Source: the human T2T-CHM13v2.0 reference genome, Homo sapiens. Taken from it: 64,000 nt of DNA. Both the position numbers and the translations under genes were made by a program. Positions 1 through 14,170 of the stretch are shown here, one piece after another (position 1 is the first letter of the stretch; every line of letters starts with the position of its first letter). The DNA is taken from assembly GCF_009914755.1 (NCBI RefSeq), contig NC_060929.1; one strand, written 5' to 3'. Below the pieces are notes generated by a model. The model was not told where the DNA came from, did not search any database, and saw only the letters and a list, made by a program, of their open reading frames with translations.

Positions 1-559
1 GAGTGTTAAAGGTACTAATCTAAACCTTGTACTAAATAATAAGTTTATTCAAAACTTTATCCACTACTATTCCTACCTCACATACTTGCATTTATGTTCC
101 TTGCATCTGTTTGGTGTTCTTCATGAAGTTTGAAACAAAGGCATATAGGACCAAATAACGAATTAACCAACTCAGTATCCATTGGCACTATCATTTCTTT
201 AAAATTTTTTACAAATGCTTAATGACATTACTAAGGGTCAAATGTTTTAACCTAACCCCTTTATGAACTTGTCCACATTCATGACTTATACTATAATTTC
301 TATTATTCAAAGGGCATATTTCTATAATACATTTCCGAGAAACCTTAACCAAGCATACTATCTTTGCATAGAGCCAAACGCTCTATATGTGGGATACAGT
401 AAACTTAAGAGATGTTTTACAAGGCTAACCCTTATGAAAAGAGATTTTTTTATGGATTTGGATTTATTATTGGAGATTCCCTGTACCAAAACTCTGTCCT
501 ATTCCACAAATAAACACAGAAGCCACTAAAAATGAATGTCACTAACTCACAACTCCCAA

Positions 560-1860
560 ACCGACAAACATTCTTAAACCCACTTTTCCTTCTTACCATG
601 AAATCAATATTGTATCCTGATATAACATGAATCCTGCCACCCATGATTTCCATGTCTTCACCTTTGTTCACTTAGGTCCCTGGCTTGGTCATTTATAGCT
701 TCTCTCTTTAGTATAATCAATGTGTTTCTCTCTACTGTCTCCTTTCTGTTCGCCTCTAGACACACAGATGTCTCCCATCTTAGAAAACCTTTCCCTGTTC
801 CCCTATCCAGCTACTGTCTTATCTCCACCCTCTCCTTCAGAGCCAACTACCTTGAAATATCTTTTTATATTTTCTGTTTTATTTTATCCACTTCATATGT
901 ACTCTTCAATTCACATCACTCTTACTTCTCCCCCTACCACTTTCTAAAGCATTTGCCTGTGTCCACTTTCGATAAATCTATTAGAGGCTTTTACTCTTTA
1001 TGTGACCTCACAGCAGGATTTTTTCACTAACGGCTACTTCTACTGTTTTTGAAATATTCTCTTTTCTATCACTTTTAGGTCATCATAACCTATGATTGTT
1101 GCTGCTGTCATTTCTAATAGTATTAGTAGTAATAGCAATAGCATATGATGACTTCTGAACCCCCCTTTCTAACCCAAATCTTTCCAATGAACCTGAGTCT
1201 GGAACTTACTTTTCACATCCACCCTAAACTAATCCAGTTCAGAACTTACCTCCTCCCCTTCAACACTTCCTCAGAATGTTCTCCTCCTCTTACACTCCTT
1301 GGCTCAGTGAACAGTGTCACAGTCCACTTCTTAGCACAAAGCATAAACTCAATGTCACTCTTTACCATTTTTCTTCACTTTCTACGTCCAACTAATCAAA
1401 TTCTGTTGATTATACTTCTGTCATGCATTTTTAATTCACTTATTAATCTCTATCCCCACTAACATTCTTCTAGCTCAGTGCACTACCATCTATTGCCTTG
1501 ACATACTCACCAGTCTCTTAACTGAAATTCGACGTTAGTCTCATTCCTTCTAAAACATAAATCCAACTATATTGCTCCCCTAGTTAAAATCAGCAATGCT
1601 CATAGGCTCAAGTCCATCTCTCCATCCCTTCTCAGCCTATCTCATTTTCATTCTTTGGATTTTAGTTTAGATGTCACTAAGGTCTGGATCAGGTTCTTTC
1701 TCATATGCACCCACAGCATCCTAGCTTCTACATTTTTTCTGTGACATAGCAATGACACTTGTAATTGTCAGTTTGCCTGCTTATAATCCTAAGAAACCAA
1801 GATTCAGAAGGATGGAGCTGGTCTATCTTGCTTTTGCCATATTTTCAGCATTCATCTCAG
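560..1860 (+). mobile_element. L2 LINE relic (degenerate)
   Basis: C/T-rich degenerate sequence with L2-like blocks (e.g. 'cactaccatctattgccttgacatactcaccagtctcttaactg', 'aaatccaactatattgctcccctagttaaaa'); boundaries approximate. Confidence 0.55.
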
Positions 1861-2054
1861 AAGCGAGCACAGAAGTTCTCTCCACCAAAATGTCTGCTAT
1901 ATTGCACCTCCTCCCAAGGAATCAACTTTTCCTTTGTTGAAACTGCCCAAGCTTTTCACTTTAACCACACTTTCCCCTGACACACTGCTTGCCTTGCCAA
2001 CACTGTACTACCTTCTCCACGTCTGGGGCCCCTTGCTAATCTAAACTCATTTGA

Positions 2055-2376
2055 TTTTTTTCTTTTTTTCTTTTTTTCTTTTCGAGATGGGACTTGTTCT
2101 CCAACCCAGGCTGGAGTTCAGTGGCACAATTATAACTCTCTGTAGCCTTAAAGTCCTGGGCTCAAGCTATCCTCCCACCTCAGACTTCATAGTACCTGGG
2201 ACTACAGGCACATGTCACTAGGTTCTAATAATTTGTGAGTTGTTGTTGTTGTTTTTAAATAGAGATGGGGTCTCACCATGTTGTTCAGGCTGGTCTTGTG
2301 CTCCTGGTCTCAAGTGATTCTCCCACCTCTGCTTCCCAAGTAGTTGGGATTACAGGCATGAGCCACCACACCCAGC
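2055..2376 (-). mobile_element. Alu, diverged (AluJ-like)
   Basis: Poly-T then 'gagatgggacttgttctccaacccaggctggag...ggattacaggcatgagccaccacacccagc'; J-type 'cctgggctcaagc'; partial TSD aactcat. Confidence 0.93.
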
Positions 2377-2639
2377 TTGAACTCATGGTTTTGGACACAA
2401 ATATTGAGACACAATATATAGAACTGAGGTGTGAGAGAAGCATACAGGTACTCACTTTCCCCTACATGTTCTTTTCTTTTGATAATTACCAATTATTTTC
2501 TTTCTATCTCTAGTTTAGGTGTTTTACTTCAGTCCTTAGGCTGAATTAAAATATTTCACCACCCCAAATAAATAAATTTAATACCCTCCAAAAAAAAAAA
2601 GAAAAGAAAAGTCCTCCTATTTTGTCCACATGTACTTAA

Positions 2640-2960
2640 CAATAGATTTTTCTCGAGACTTCAATTACCACATCTTCATGAAAGATCCCAACACTAAACT
2701 TTTATCTGGGTTCTGTATCTCAACTCTGAACTCTTTTCTAAGTTCTAGATCTGGATCTTCATCTGCCAATTAAATATGTCCACTCAGATTTCATCACCAT
2801 CTTAAATTCAAAATGTTCCAAATAAACTCAAATTTTTCTAAACAAACCAGCATTCTGTACCATGCTCTTCCAACTCCCTGCCTTCTACATACAACAAGCC
2901 AAGACTTTCTTTCTCAGCTTTCTTTGATATGTGTTTGACTTTTTGTCTTTTCTCACCTGG
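2640..2960 (+). mobile_element. L2 fragment
   Basis: 'ctgaactcttttctaagttctagatc...atctgccaattaaatatgtccactcagat...catcttaaattcaaaatgttcca' resembles the L2 core. Confidence 0.5.
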
Positions 2961-3037
2961 GAAATTCTTCTTTTTATAAAAACAGCTTGTGTTTTTCACA
3001 TGACATTATTTTGGGCTATCCAAGATCTGTGGACACT

Positions 3038-3385
3038 TGTATTAGTCTGCTAGGGCTGCCATAACAACTACCAAAGACTAGGTGGCCACAGAATGGATCA
3101 AGGTGTCAGCAAGACTGGTTTCATCTGAGGCTTCTTACTTAGCTTATAGATGGCCCTCTTCTCTTGATCTTCCTCTTCACATGATCTTCCTCTGGGCACA
3201 TCTGTCCCCTAATCCCTTCTTCTAAGGACACCAGTTGTATTGGAGTAGGGCCCAATCCCAATGACTTTATTTAACCCAAATTACCTCTTTAAAGACCCTA
3301 TCTTCAAATACAGCCTTATGTTGAGGTACCAGGAGTTAGGATTTCAACATATGAATTTTAAGGGGGCACACTTCAGCCTATAACA
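3038..3385 (-). mobile_element. MaLR solo LTR (MLT1A/B-like)
   Basis: TG...CA ends: 'tgtattagtctgctagggctgccataaca' to 'ttcaacatatgaattttaagggggcacacttcagcctataaca'. Confidence 0.88.
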
Positions 3386-3429
3386 CCATTCTTATACAAT
3401 TTAGGAACCTCCTACATTATAAATCTTTT

Positions 3430-3804
3430 CCTACCATCATTGAAGTCAAATTTTCAGACTCCTTTGCATGTGACTTGAGCTCACTGGCAACCTAGTGATG
3501 TAAAGAAGGCAGGACTCTGAGCAATACAATCTGGAGAAGACAAGGTAGGTACATCTAGTTTCCAAAGGCAGCAGTACCAAGATTCTTGCTTTGTATCTAG
3601 TACTCAACTATGGTATAAGTGGTATTTCTCCTGGAAAAGGTCTGTGGTAGAGTTTGGTGTACTATTCTGGAGAGAAAGTCTCCACAACTAGTGTTCTGAA
3701 CCTCTCAGAGAATCCATGAGTTATTTTGCATCTTTCTTAAATTTATCTTGACCTAAATTAAGGGTCTGTTTCTGTTGTTTGCAACTAAGGACCCCAATTG
3801 ATAC
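3430..3804 (+). mobile_element. ERVL LTR relic (LTR33-like)
   Basis: 3' end 'ggtctgtttctgttgtttgcaactaaggaccccaattgatac' resembles the LTR33 family terminus. Confidence 0.5.
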
Positions 3805-4299
3805 CTTGAATTTTAAAGTGATTTACATAATCCTTATCCTTATTGAAGTATTGTTACAAAAGAGATTAATCAGAATCTATCAATTACTAATATTAACTTC
3901 ATAAAACAACCTTCTTTTTTCTTGCTTTCATTAATTATAAAAAAGGCAACTCTCAGCCCATTATAAGTATCCTAATTTGGATTTTATGAAATGCATCTTT
4001 ATCTAGGCTTTCTGAAATACTTTCACTCACTACAATAAATCCTGCCTATTACCACCAGGTGGATTTGTTTAAAGTACATTATTTTTAACCAGTACACTAC
4101 CCTGCCTTATTACTTTCAAAATCTAGCCATCGCCTATATGATAAAGTTTATATGCCTCTTGTGTGCATTTAAGTTTTCCTCAGTCTAACTCAAGTGTACT
4201 TCATCTTCCATTATAAACTCTCTCCTTCTTTTAAGAAACATAAAATAGAGCAATCAAATTTATTTAACACATAGAGTGGATGGCATTCTCAAAAACCTG

Positions 4300-4450
4300 T
4301 TAATAAATGTTTTTTCTTACTATACGTAAAACTGTAGGTTTATTACCAACTTTTGCATATAAGAAATCTGAGACTAGAAAAATTAACTAAATTTCCTAAG
4401 GTCACACAAATAATAAATGATAAAACTAGGTTTTGAAATCAAGTGTTTCC
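4300..4450 (-). mobile_element. MIR fragment
   Basis: 'ttttgcatataagaaatctgagactagaaaaattaactaaatttcctaaggtcacacaaataataaatg' = antisense MIR core. Confidence 0.75.
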
Positions 4451-4469
4451 TAGCCTCTTCTCGCCTTGT

Positions 4470-4860
4470 GATTCTCTTCACTGTTTCCCACATATTTTCC
4501 AGCCTCTAAGCTTTTCTTATGCTGCACTGTGGCCTGGAATATTCAACCAATCCCTGCTATGTTTATCCAAATATTACTCATACTTTAGAGTCCAGCTCAA
4601 GACCTTCAGCCTCAATAAGCTTCTCTGATGTCTTCAGCTAATCTGATTTTTCTCCTGAAACCTAGTATAGTTTTTATGATCACTATCACTTTCTTTGCTA
4701 TTTTGTTATATATTATATCCTATTAACCACTTCTTATGTATTTGCATTTCCTCCTGTTTGTGAGAGTCAAATCCGTTAGGTGTGAGATTGTCATCCTTTG
4801 CGTGCTCCTAGGTACCCTGCACACTGTTAAGTACAGAGGGAGTGTTGCTACACAGCTATC
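4470..4860 (+). mobile_element. L2 3' fragment
   Basis: 'tactcatactttagagtccagctcaaga...' and 'taggtaccctgcacactgttaagtacagagggagtg'. Confidence 0.55.
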
Positions 4861-6514
4861 CAATTGAATATTCCCCATTACTGTGCCGTAAAAAAGGATA
4901 TTAACATCATGTTTTACATTACTTTTAGCTTTCAAGTGAAAGATACCTCCCAGAGGCCTTGAATGAGCGTAACTTTGATATTAACTTCTTTTTATAAAGG
5001 GAAAAGATTCTTACACCTTTTTATCATTTACCTTCCATTCATGGGGACAAATATATTTTCAAAAGCACTTTTGAAAACTTCAGCACGGTAGGCAACAAAT
5101 CTTAAGTCCATTGGTAAGCTGGGTGATTCGAGTTTAATGGAAAAAAATAGTCTGTGATTAAGAAGTTAGTGTACAGCAGTTTATAGCAGTTTTTTAATTC
5201 TTAGAAATCAAATGGGCTCATTTCATTGCCTCTGCACCATAACCCACTGAAAGCAATAGACTTCCAGAGATTTAAGGTAGGTTTTTAAAAATGTGATTTT
5301 AAGGCCAAGAAAATATGAATACAAGCTCGTTAAAAAATATTTTATGTTTCTTGCTAATCCACAGACCACAACCATATGGAACTAGCCACTCAACCTCTGT
5401 AATTAGACTCTTATACATCAGAAGACATAAGAAATAAGATATTCAGAGATGCACTGGTACCTGACTACATCAAATTTGCTTTTGTAAAAAAGTGTCAGTG
5501 ACCATATGAAATGGCCCAATTACTATCCTCTTTTGTGTAGAATTCCAAGCTCCACTTTATCCTTTGTGTGCATGTAAAGTACAAAAGAATGACTGTTTGA
5601 ACTATAATTTTGTGCTTCTATCCTCAGTAATGCAAACATTCTTTCCATCACTGATATAAAGATCTAAATTTTAGTTTTGGAAATATCAGCAGTAATTTAA
5701 AATTATTTTAAAATTCTGTATAAGACCATTGAATCTAAGTAACTTAATTGCTCTAATGTTTACTCTCCATTTTGACTGTACATCACAGCACCCCTTGAAA
5801 AGACAGTCAACAGTATTCACTCTGGCTGCCCCAGTGATTACACAACTGTTACCTAGAAATGGAGGCTGGGAAATTCCAACAGATTTTCTTCTTTATTCAT
5901 GACATAGCCCATGTCCACTTAAATATTTGCCTGGTGTCTTTTGGTGTCTAATTGATGTGAGTAGACTGTCTGTGGGAGAATCAAGTCATACATTCTGGAG
6001 AGTCTTTGTAAATAGTTTTGCCTACAACTAACCATGGTATGATATGACATGATGATGGGAAAGCTGAAAGGGCTACACTAATTATGCCCCAATTATGTTA
6101 TCCTATCATGTAGCTCTAGAGTTATTAGAAACCAAGAGTTCAGAAGCAATCATATAAAAATTTAAAATTCTGTTAGCATAATGATCATTCAGGTTACATT
6201 TCTATTGCTTATGTTTTATCATGGGATGGGACTAATATGAGTTGGTAAACCATCAGACACATGTGCAAGCTACAGGGTTAGGTATGTAGGAAATGCCCCT
6301 CAAAGTTTGTGTTGGAATAAAGCTAAGTCATTCCTTTCCTTCAACTTGGGCAAACAAAACTCAGAGTGCAGACAAATAAACAAAAAAAATATATATATAG
6401 GTGAGGAAGATAAAGCCTGATAAGATGTCTGAGATGTGTAAGTCTTCTTTCCATCTGGCACATCTTTGAAGGGCCCAGGATACAGGTAGGAATTTCACAT
6501 GTGAGAAAGATCGC

Positions 6515-6800
6515 AAATATTAGTTGAGGACCACTATGTGCTGGGCACTGTGGTAGGCACTGAGAATTCAGTGCTGTGGAGATACACGGCTGATGAAGAA
6601 GTTACAGCCCAGCAGAGAAGAAGCTCAATAAACCAATCAATTCACAAATTACCAATTAATAAAATTTGCACTAAGTGCTTCAAAAATAAGTAAAAATTTT
6701 GCATAACCATAGACATTACATTTGAGTGGTCAGAAAACATTTTCCCAACAGATAATATTTAAGATGGGGCCTGAAAAATAATTAAAATTGACATGACAAG
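6515..6800 (-). mobile_element. L2 3' fragment
   Basis: 'gaggaccactatgtgctgggcactgtggtaggcactgagaattcagtg' = antisense L2 3' end. Confidence 0.75.
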
Positions 6801-7038
6801 ATGCATTGTGTATTTAACATCATTCTATTCTTTCATTTTATTTTAAACATCAGAGAGCCCTGTGTATATCTAAAATCTGTTTGGAAGGACCAAATAAAAA
6901 GTAAGAGATTAAAGATATGGCAAAGTGGAGGATTCATGCATAGTGTAAATTCCCTGTGAAGTTAGGAGAGAAGTGGAAGGTCTTATCTGACCTTAGATAA
7001 GAGAAGAGATGCCTCCTCTTAGAGTTTCTGCCAAATAA

Positions 7039-7409
<371 letters not shown>

Positions 7410-7901
7410 CCTATGTTAATTACTTTATATGATTTCAAATTATGTTAATACATCATCTCCTTACTTCATACATGATATTCACACATATATGAATCTATGA
7501 ATATCTATGGATATATCTTCTAATGCAAAAGTTTGAATATACAGTTCTTGATATTCTTTCACATCAAACACATTTGCAAAGGTTGATAAAATCATTAATT
7601 ATTTATATGTAGTAAGTATTCTGCTCAGTTGCTTCGGCTATTTACAAACTTTAGCTCTGCCTATGGTCATCTATCATCTGCATGAGCTGCTATTTCTCTG
7701 ATTTCCACATATCAAGATTATCTAAATACTTTTCTAAATGTGTCCTTGTAGCAGTATTTTTTTCTTTATTGATGTTTACATAGCCAATTTCCAGTCATAC
7801 TACCTAATTGCTAATCCAACCAAGATAAATCTAAACCTTTTCCCACAATACCATTCCCAAAAACACTTGTTTAATGCATAGCCCAAGATCTACTTTACTC
7901 A

Positions 7902-8408
<507 letters not shown>

Positions 8409-9141
8409 TTATTGGTTTTTCCCACAATTCCCAGCATCATCTGCAGCACATAATCGATGCTAAATAGATACATTCCATTTGGACTTTGTGATATTCCAAC
8501 AATGCTAGTGAACTGGTCCAAATCCCAAATGCTATCGCTGCTGCATTTGCATTAAATGAGATTTATAAGTTAATTTAACAAAGCCTCTCAAGGAAATCAG
8601 AACAAACTTTGTCATGGGGCCACGTTTCTGAGTTTCACAATCATATTGAGGTTGACCACCACTGGGAAGGTCTTTACGTTGTCTATATGCAATTTAAAGT
8701 CACGTTTAGTGCCACTGTGAATACATCCTCCTCAAGCACAGACTGGATATACAGATTTGTTTTTGTCTTTTATCAGGTCATTGTTTTATATTATATTGCT
8801 GAAACGGCAGAATGGTAATGGTTTTCTCTTGTGTAGTTCATGGAAAATTTTTACTGCTTTTAGACTCCTTATATAACTACATTTTCTTCAGGCTTAAGTC
8901 CATTTGACTGTCCCTACTCTGAAAAATTATCTGTAATCTCTTGTGAGTCTTTGTGTGGGAGCATTTCTAGATGACTGACTCAGGATCTTTTCAAAGATGC
9001 CAATAGCATATTGAGTCATGAGAGCTTTGCTGAAGGATTAAGTGTAGCAGAACAAGAGATGTGCTTGTTCCGTGACGCACCCTCATCTAAGCAAATGAGC
9101 ATGTATATAATAAATCTGCACTCACTGCACAACTTATTTAA

Positions 9142-9544
<403 letters not shown>

Positions 9545-10865
9545 TCAGTGATATTCTTATGACAACCAATTCTACCTCTCAATAATACTTCCAGGTAAAG
9601 CGTTTTTGGGAAGTTAATTAATATTACATCATCATTATTGAGGGACATATATTGAGAACCCATGACATTAGGTGACACTTAAAACTTGGAAATAATAATC
9701 CTTGTTCCCATAATAATTCCCAAAGCCTACTTGTAGAATAAACTCCTTGATACTCTATTTCTCACTAGTCATTCTGCTAAAGAAAACTGTCTTCTCAATT
9801 AGAGAAAGCTTAATGTGGAAACTGTACAACTAATAGCATTATCTACCAGAATCTTTGAATAACAGAGAAATGGGTGCTCAAACAAAGCACCACAATTTGA
9901 GTTCTTGCCTTCCTTTTCAAAACTGGTTATAATTCTCTTTGTTGTGTGTGTTGAAGACAAGCTCTCATGGACATTACATCAACTTCTACTTTCGCTTCTT
10001 ATGTTATTCTTCCTTAACCCTTCCAAAAGAAGTAAAGGAGCTTCATAAAAAGAATCAATAGCAGCAATTTCAGAAGGACCAATTTATATCATTTACAAGG
10101 AGGCTTTATTGGAGCTCATGAACACCAATAGCAAAAAAGATGCTTTTTATATGGTGAGCTTTACCATATCAAATTTAAATTCATTTTCGTTTTTCCTTTT
10201 AAGGTATAAAAACAAGACGAGATCAATTTCTAAATGAATCAGGAGAGCTAAAGGTGATTGTTGGAATCAACAACAGGTATAAAGATTTATATTCTTTACT
10301 GCTCCTAAAGCTCATGTTATGTCAATAGTAGAAAATTCAGTGATGAAAAAGAGTACTCATCCTTAGCTTAAAAAAAAGAATAATTCTAGTAAATATCACT
10401 AGAACAATATGTCCTGTCCTGGTAGCAGCAAAAAATGTATTGACTAAGAACTATTGTAATTTTATTGTTTGCAATTAACTTTTCTATCGTAATGCCAGTA
10501 TTTCAGAGAAAAATTCATTTACTAAAGGCTGTATAGGTCAGAACCATAGTATTACAAAAGATTTTCTCAAACTACCTGATAAAGTTCTGCTGCTTAAAAA
10601 AGGACAATGTAACAGAGTGTCCTATGTGGCATTTTGATTTTCTCGATTAGAAATGGCTAGTACCATCTCTAAAAGCATTTTGTAAGCAGTGTTTTTACAG
10701 GGGTGGAATTGTCTCTGTTTGTTTGCATATGTTCATGCTGATGTTTAGTCTGTGGTATGAATGAGAACATTGAAATGACAGTCCTTGACACTCCGTTTCA
10801 TTAACCTTGTCGAGTGCTGTGCCATGCCATGCCATGCTCAGATGGACAGTTTAAAAACTGCTGCT

Positions 10866-10910
10866 TGATGATGTTGATGATGATGATAATGATGATGATG
10901 ATGACAATGA
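10866..10910. repeat. Imperfect (GAT/ATG)n microsatellite
   Basis: tgatgatgttgatgatgatgataatgatgatgatgatgacaatga. Confidence 0.9.
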
Positions 10911-12939
10911 CCACTAGTAGGTTAGTTGGGGACCTTCTGCTGTCCCCTAAATATGATTTCCTCCAGTTGGTCAATTATTTTCCTTGCCCTACTAATGGTA
11001 AAGGGCAATTATAAAGTGAATGCTAAATATTGTAATACCTTCTCAAAATATTAGTTATTGCAAAGCTGGTAAAGGTAAATTATTACCAAGTTTAGAGAAG
11101 CTTGCATAGGTCAGTATACACAAAACATTTTAAGACGTTTATATTTAGGAAAATATTTTGTAAAAATAGTATTTTCATTGTAACAAAACATTTACAATAT
11201 AAAATATATAAAGCAAAAATACGTTTTTATTTCTCTTTAAGACCTCTTCTCAATTTCTCCTCCCCTCTCTAAATGCTTTTGCCATAAACAGAATAATTAA
11301 TAGCATAAATATTCCTAGAAACATATTCCTTTATGTGTGTAATCTCCAGTTGACAGTCACATGTTTGATTCTATTTGGAGGGGATAAAGATATTCCTGAG
11401 CTATTAGGTCCTTGTTTTAAAATGTTATGAGTTATCTCTGAGGTAAAATGGCACACTAAGGAGACAGCCTCTCACATCTTTTCTCTAATCCCTCAACCTA
11501 TAAAAGACCCTATGCACCTCATAGCACCTGCCTTGTTGCTTAGAACTGACGTTAGGGAAGAAGCCCTCCCGGTTATCAAATACCTTCTCTTGTCAGTTTG
11601 CAATGTATTCGTCAATAAAAGTCCTGCTGCTGGAGCATTCAGTCAAGGTGGTCTGAGTCTCAGCAAGATGGAATGGCAGCCTATGGGGAGCAATTGAGCC
11701 CTTTATAAGTTGCCCAGGCTGCAGCAGAAGGACCACCTGCTGTCTCACAGCCTCAGGGAGGCTCAACTCCCTGCTCATTCTGAAATAATTTAGAGGCCAG
11801 ACTGGTGCACAATAGCACTTAGCTCTTCAGTAAATGGAAATAATTTTAAAAGGACTATTAAAGTATTGGGAAAGATTTTTTCTTCCTGTAAAACTTGTGT
11901 TTTATTAGTGTAGGATGAACTCTAAACCATGTGTCTATAAAACTGTCCTTTTCCTGTCTTTGTATTAGAGTTTGAATTCTTTTACAGGCACAAACCTGAA
12001 AGATGAGAGTTTTGTTCTTTGCATCATATATCTGAGGTCTTTGATATTTCATTGTCCTTACTTAAAAGGAAATGTTGATTGGATTTTCCCAGTCCATCAT
12101 CCGTAAGTGTCAGGTTGAACATGGAATAAAATGACAATAAAAGTTCACGTGACTAAAAAATCCCAACCATGAGCACCTACACATGAAGCAAACCGGTTTG
12201 AGCTTCGTAACTCAATAAAGCTTTACCTTCAAAGGGAAGAATCAGTGATTTGGTATTTGAGTTAAGGATTAATCATAGGTCAGAAAAATAAGAAGAAATA
12301 TATGAATGAGTACCGTATCATGATGTGATGCAGAATTTCTTTTCATTAAAATCAGAAACAAAACTGTTTGATTTTATTTCCAACATCTCGGAAAACAGAA
12401 AATAATTTATGATTACTCCAAGAAAAAATGAATGCTCCATTCAAAAAAGTGCAGATTTGATAATGCATTTTTATCAAAAAAAAAAGCAGATAATGAAGAC
12501 TAATTAATAAATACGGAAGGTAAAGATCAAAAGTGAAATTAAACACAAAGCTGAATAAATGGTCAAACAATAACTTCCCATTTTAAAACTTTACAAAAAA
12601 GCAGATATATTCAGAATTATAACCCCAAAAATCTAGGGAACACTATTTCTGCCTACATGCTTCAGTCTGCTTTGATCAACTATTTTTTAAATGCAAAACA
12701 TAAAAGGATAAGTTTTCAGATAAAACCAATAAAATAATTTCTAAGTAAAATTATCCAAAAAATTTGATTTGTAGCTTTTAACTTTATAAAGACAAATCCA
12801 TAAAATGATTTTTACTAATAAACTTTGGAATATTAGAATATAATTAGAAGGCTAATGACCAATTTCTCTGACTCATATCTGAAGCACCTGAAAACATGGG
12901 CTAAGCCTTTAACACAGCAATTAATTTCTCACCTACCTT

Positions 12940-13500
12940 CACTCCACATTCATAAACTACCTAACATGTGCCAGGCACTGTGGTAGGGATCAACGAGACA
13001 TATGATAAGAATGCAACCCTTATCTTTCAGGACTGACAATGTTAAGAGGAAATGGTCAGGTGTAGATAAATGATTACAGAAATCCAAATGCCATAATAGA
13101 AGCATGCACAGAATAAAGTTATTTGGTCTTTTTGGGGAGATAAAAATGGCAAGGCATTCAAAATTTCAGCCAAAGATTCAAGGTTGAGTTGGAATTTTCC
13201 TAGTGAACAAAAGCTTAAAAAGAGGGAGGAGGAAACAGACTTTCTAGAAAGTGGACACAGCAAGTGCAAAGGCATGACATCAAGAGAAAAAAGAAAAAAA
13301 TGAAAACACTATGAATTCGGGGAACTATGCAAATGTCTGAAATGGCAGAATGCAGGACTCCGGAAGAATAGGTAGGTAAGTCCTTTGCATTTTATCCCAA
13401 AGAGTTTGGACTCTGTGTTATATATAGTAAGGAACCAAGTCAGGGTTTTAGTAAGAAATTGGTGGGATCAGATTTGAGTTTGGGAGATTAATCTCTTGGT
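12940..13500 (-). mobile_element. L2 relic
   Basis: 'acctaacatgtgccaggcactgtggtaggg', 'agcaagtgcaaaggcatga', 'agagtttggactctg'. Confidence 0.75.
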
Positions 13501-13724
13501 ATGAATGAAATTATGAATGGCTGAATGAAGGTACAAAACCCCGAGTATATTATCAAAGACTTTCTTGCAATTATTGACTGTGTGCATAAGGCATGGTTTA
13601 GGATAAAATCTTCAGGACTTGGTTTGGATGGAAATAAAACCATTAATTTACCCTAGTATCATAGTCTGCTCAAAATGGATGGAATTATTTAGATTACTTT
13701 TTCTACCCCCATTCTTATCACAAA

Positions 13725-14170
13725 TTTATTCATCCATTAGTTTCTCAAATATTTACTGAGCATCTACAATGTACTAGACATACTCCCTGCTGCAATGAAA
13801 CATACAGCCTACTCCATCCAGACAATGAAGAATTATGAAATTAAACTTACATTTATAAGTAGTGATACATGCATAGTAGTAATATACAACATATGATTGT
13901 ATGAGAATGTTACAGGAGCCTCATTTAGAGAGCAGACATGGCAAAGGCCTATTTGAGAAAGTGATTATTAATTAAGACCTGAAGAATGATTAGGAGACAA
14001 TTAGATAAAAAGGGAAGAAGAGAAATAATGGGCTAAGGCAGTGAGGCAGAGAAGAGCTTCTTTTATTCCAGAAATGAAAGAAGCCAGACAAGTTTGGGGA
14101 TGAGTAAATAAGGAAGGGGATGGCAAGGGAGACACAGGGGGTTTTGGTGGCAGCGATCAGGGAATTGTAG
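13725..14170 (-). mobile_element. L2 relic
   Basis: 'caaatattttactgagcatctacaatgtactagacat', 'attaagacctgaagaatgattaggag'. Confidence 0.7.

Noticed and set aside
10814-11014. Poly-Met ORF
   Set aside because: Artefact of the (ATG)n repeat.
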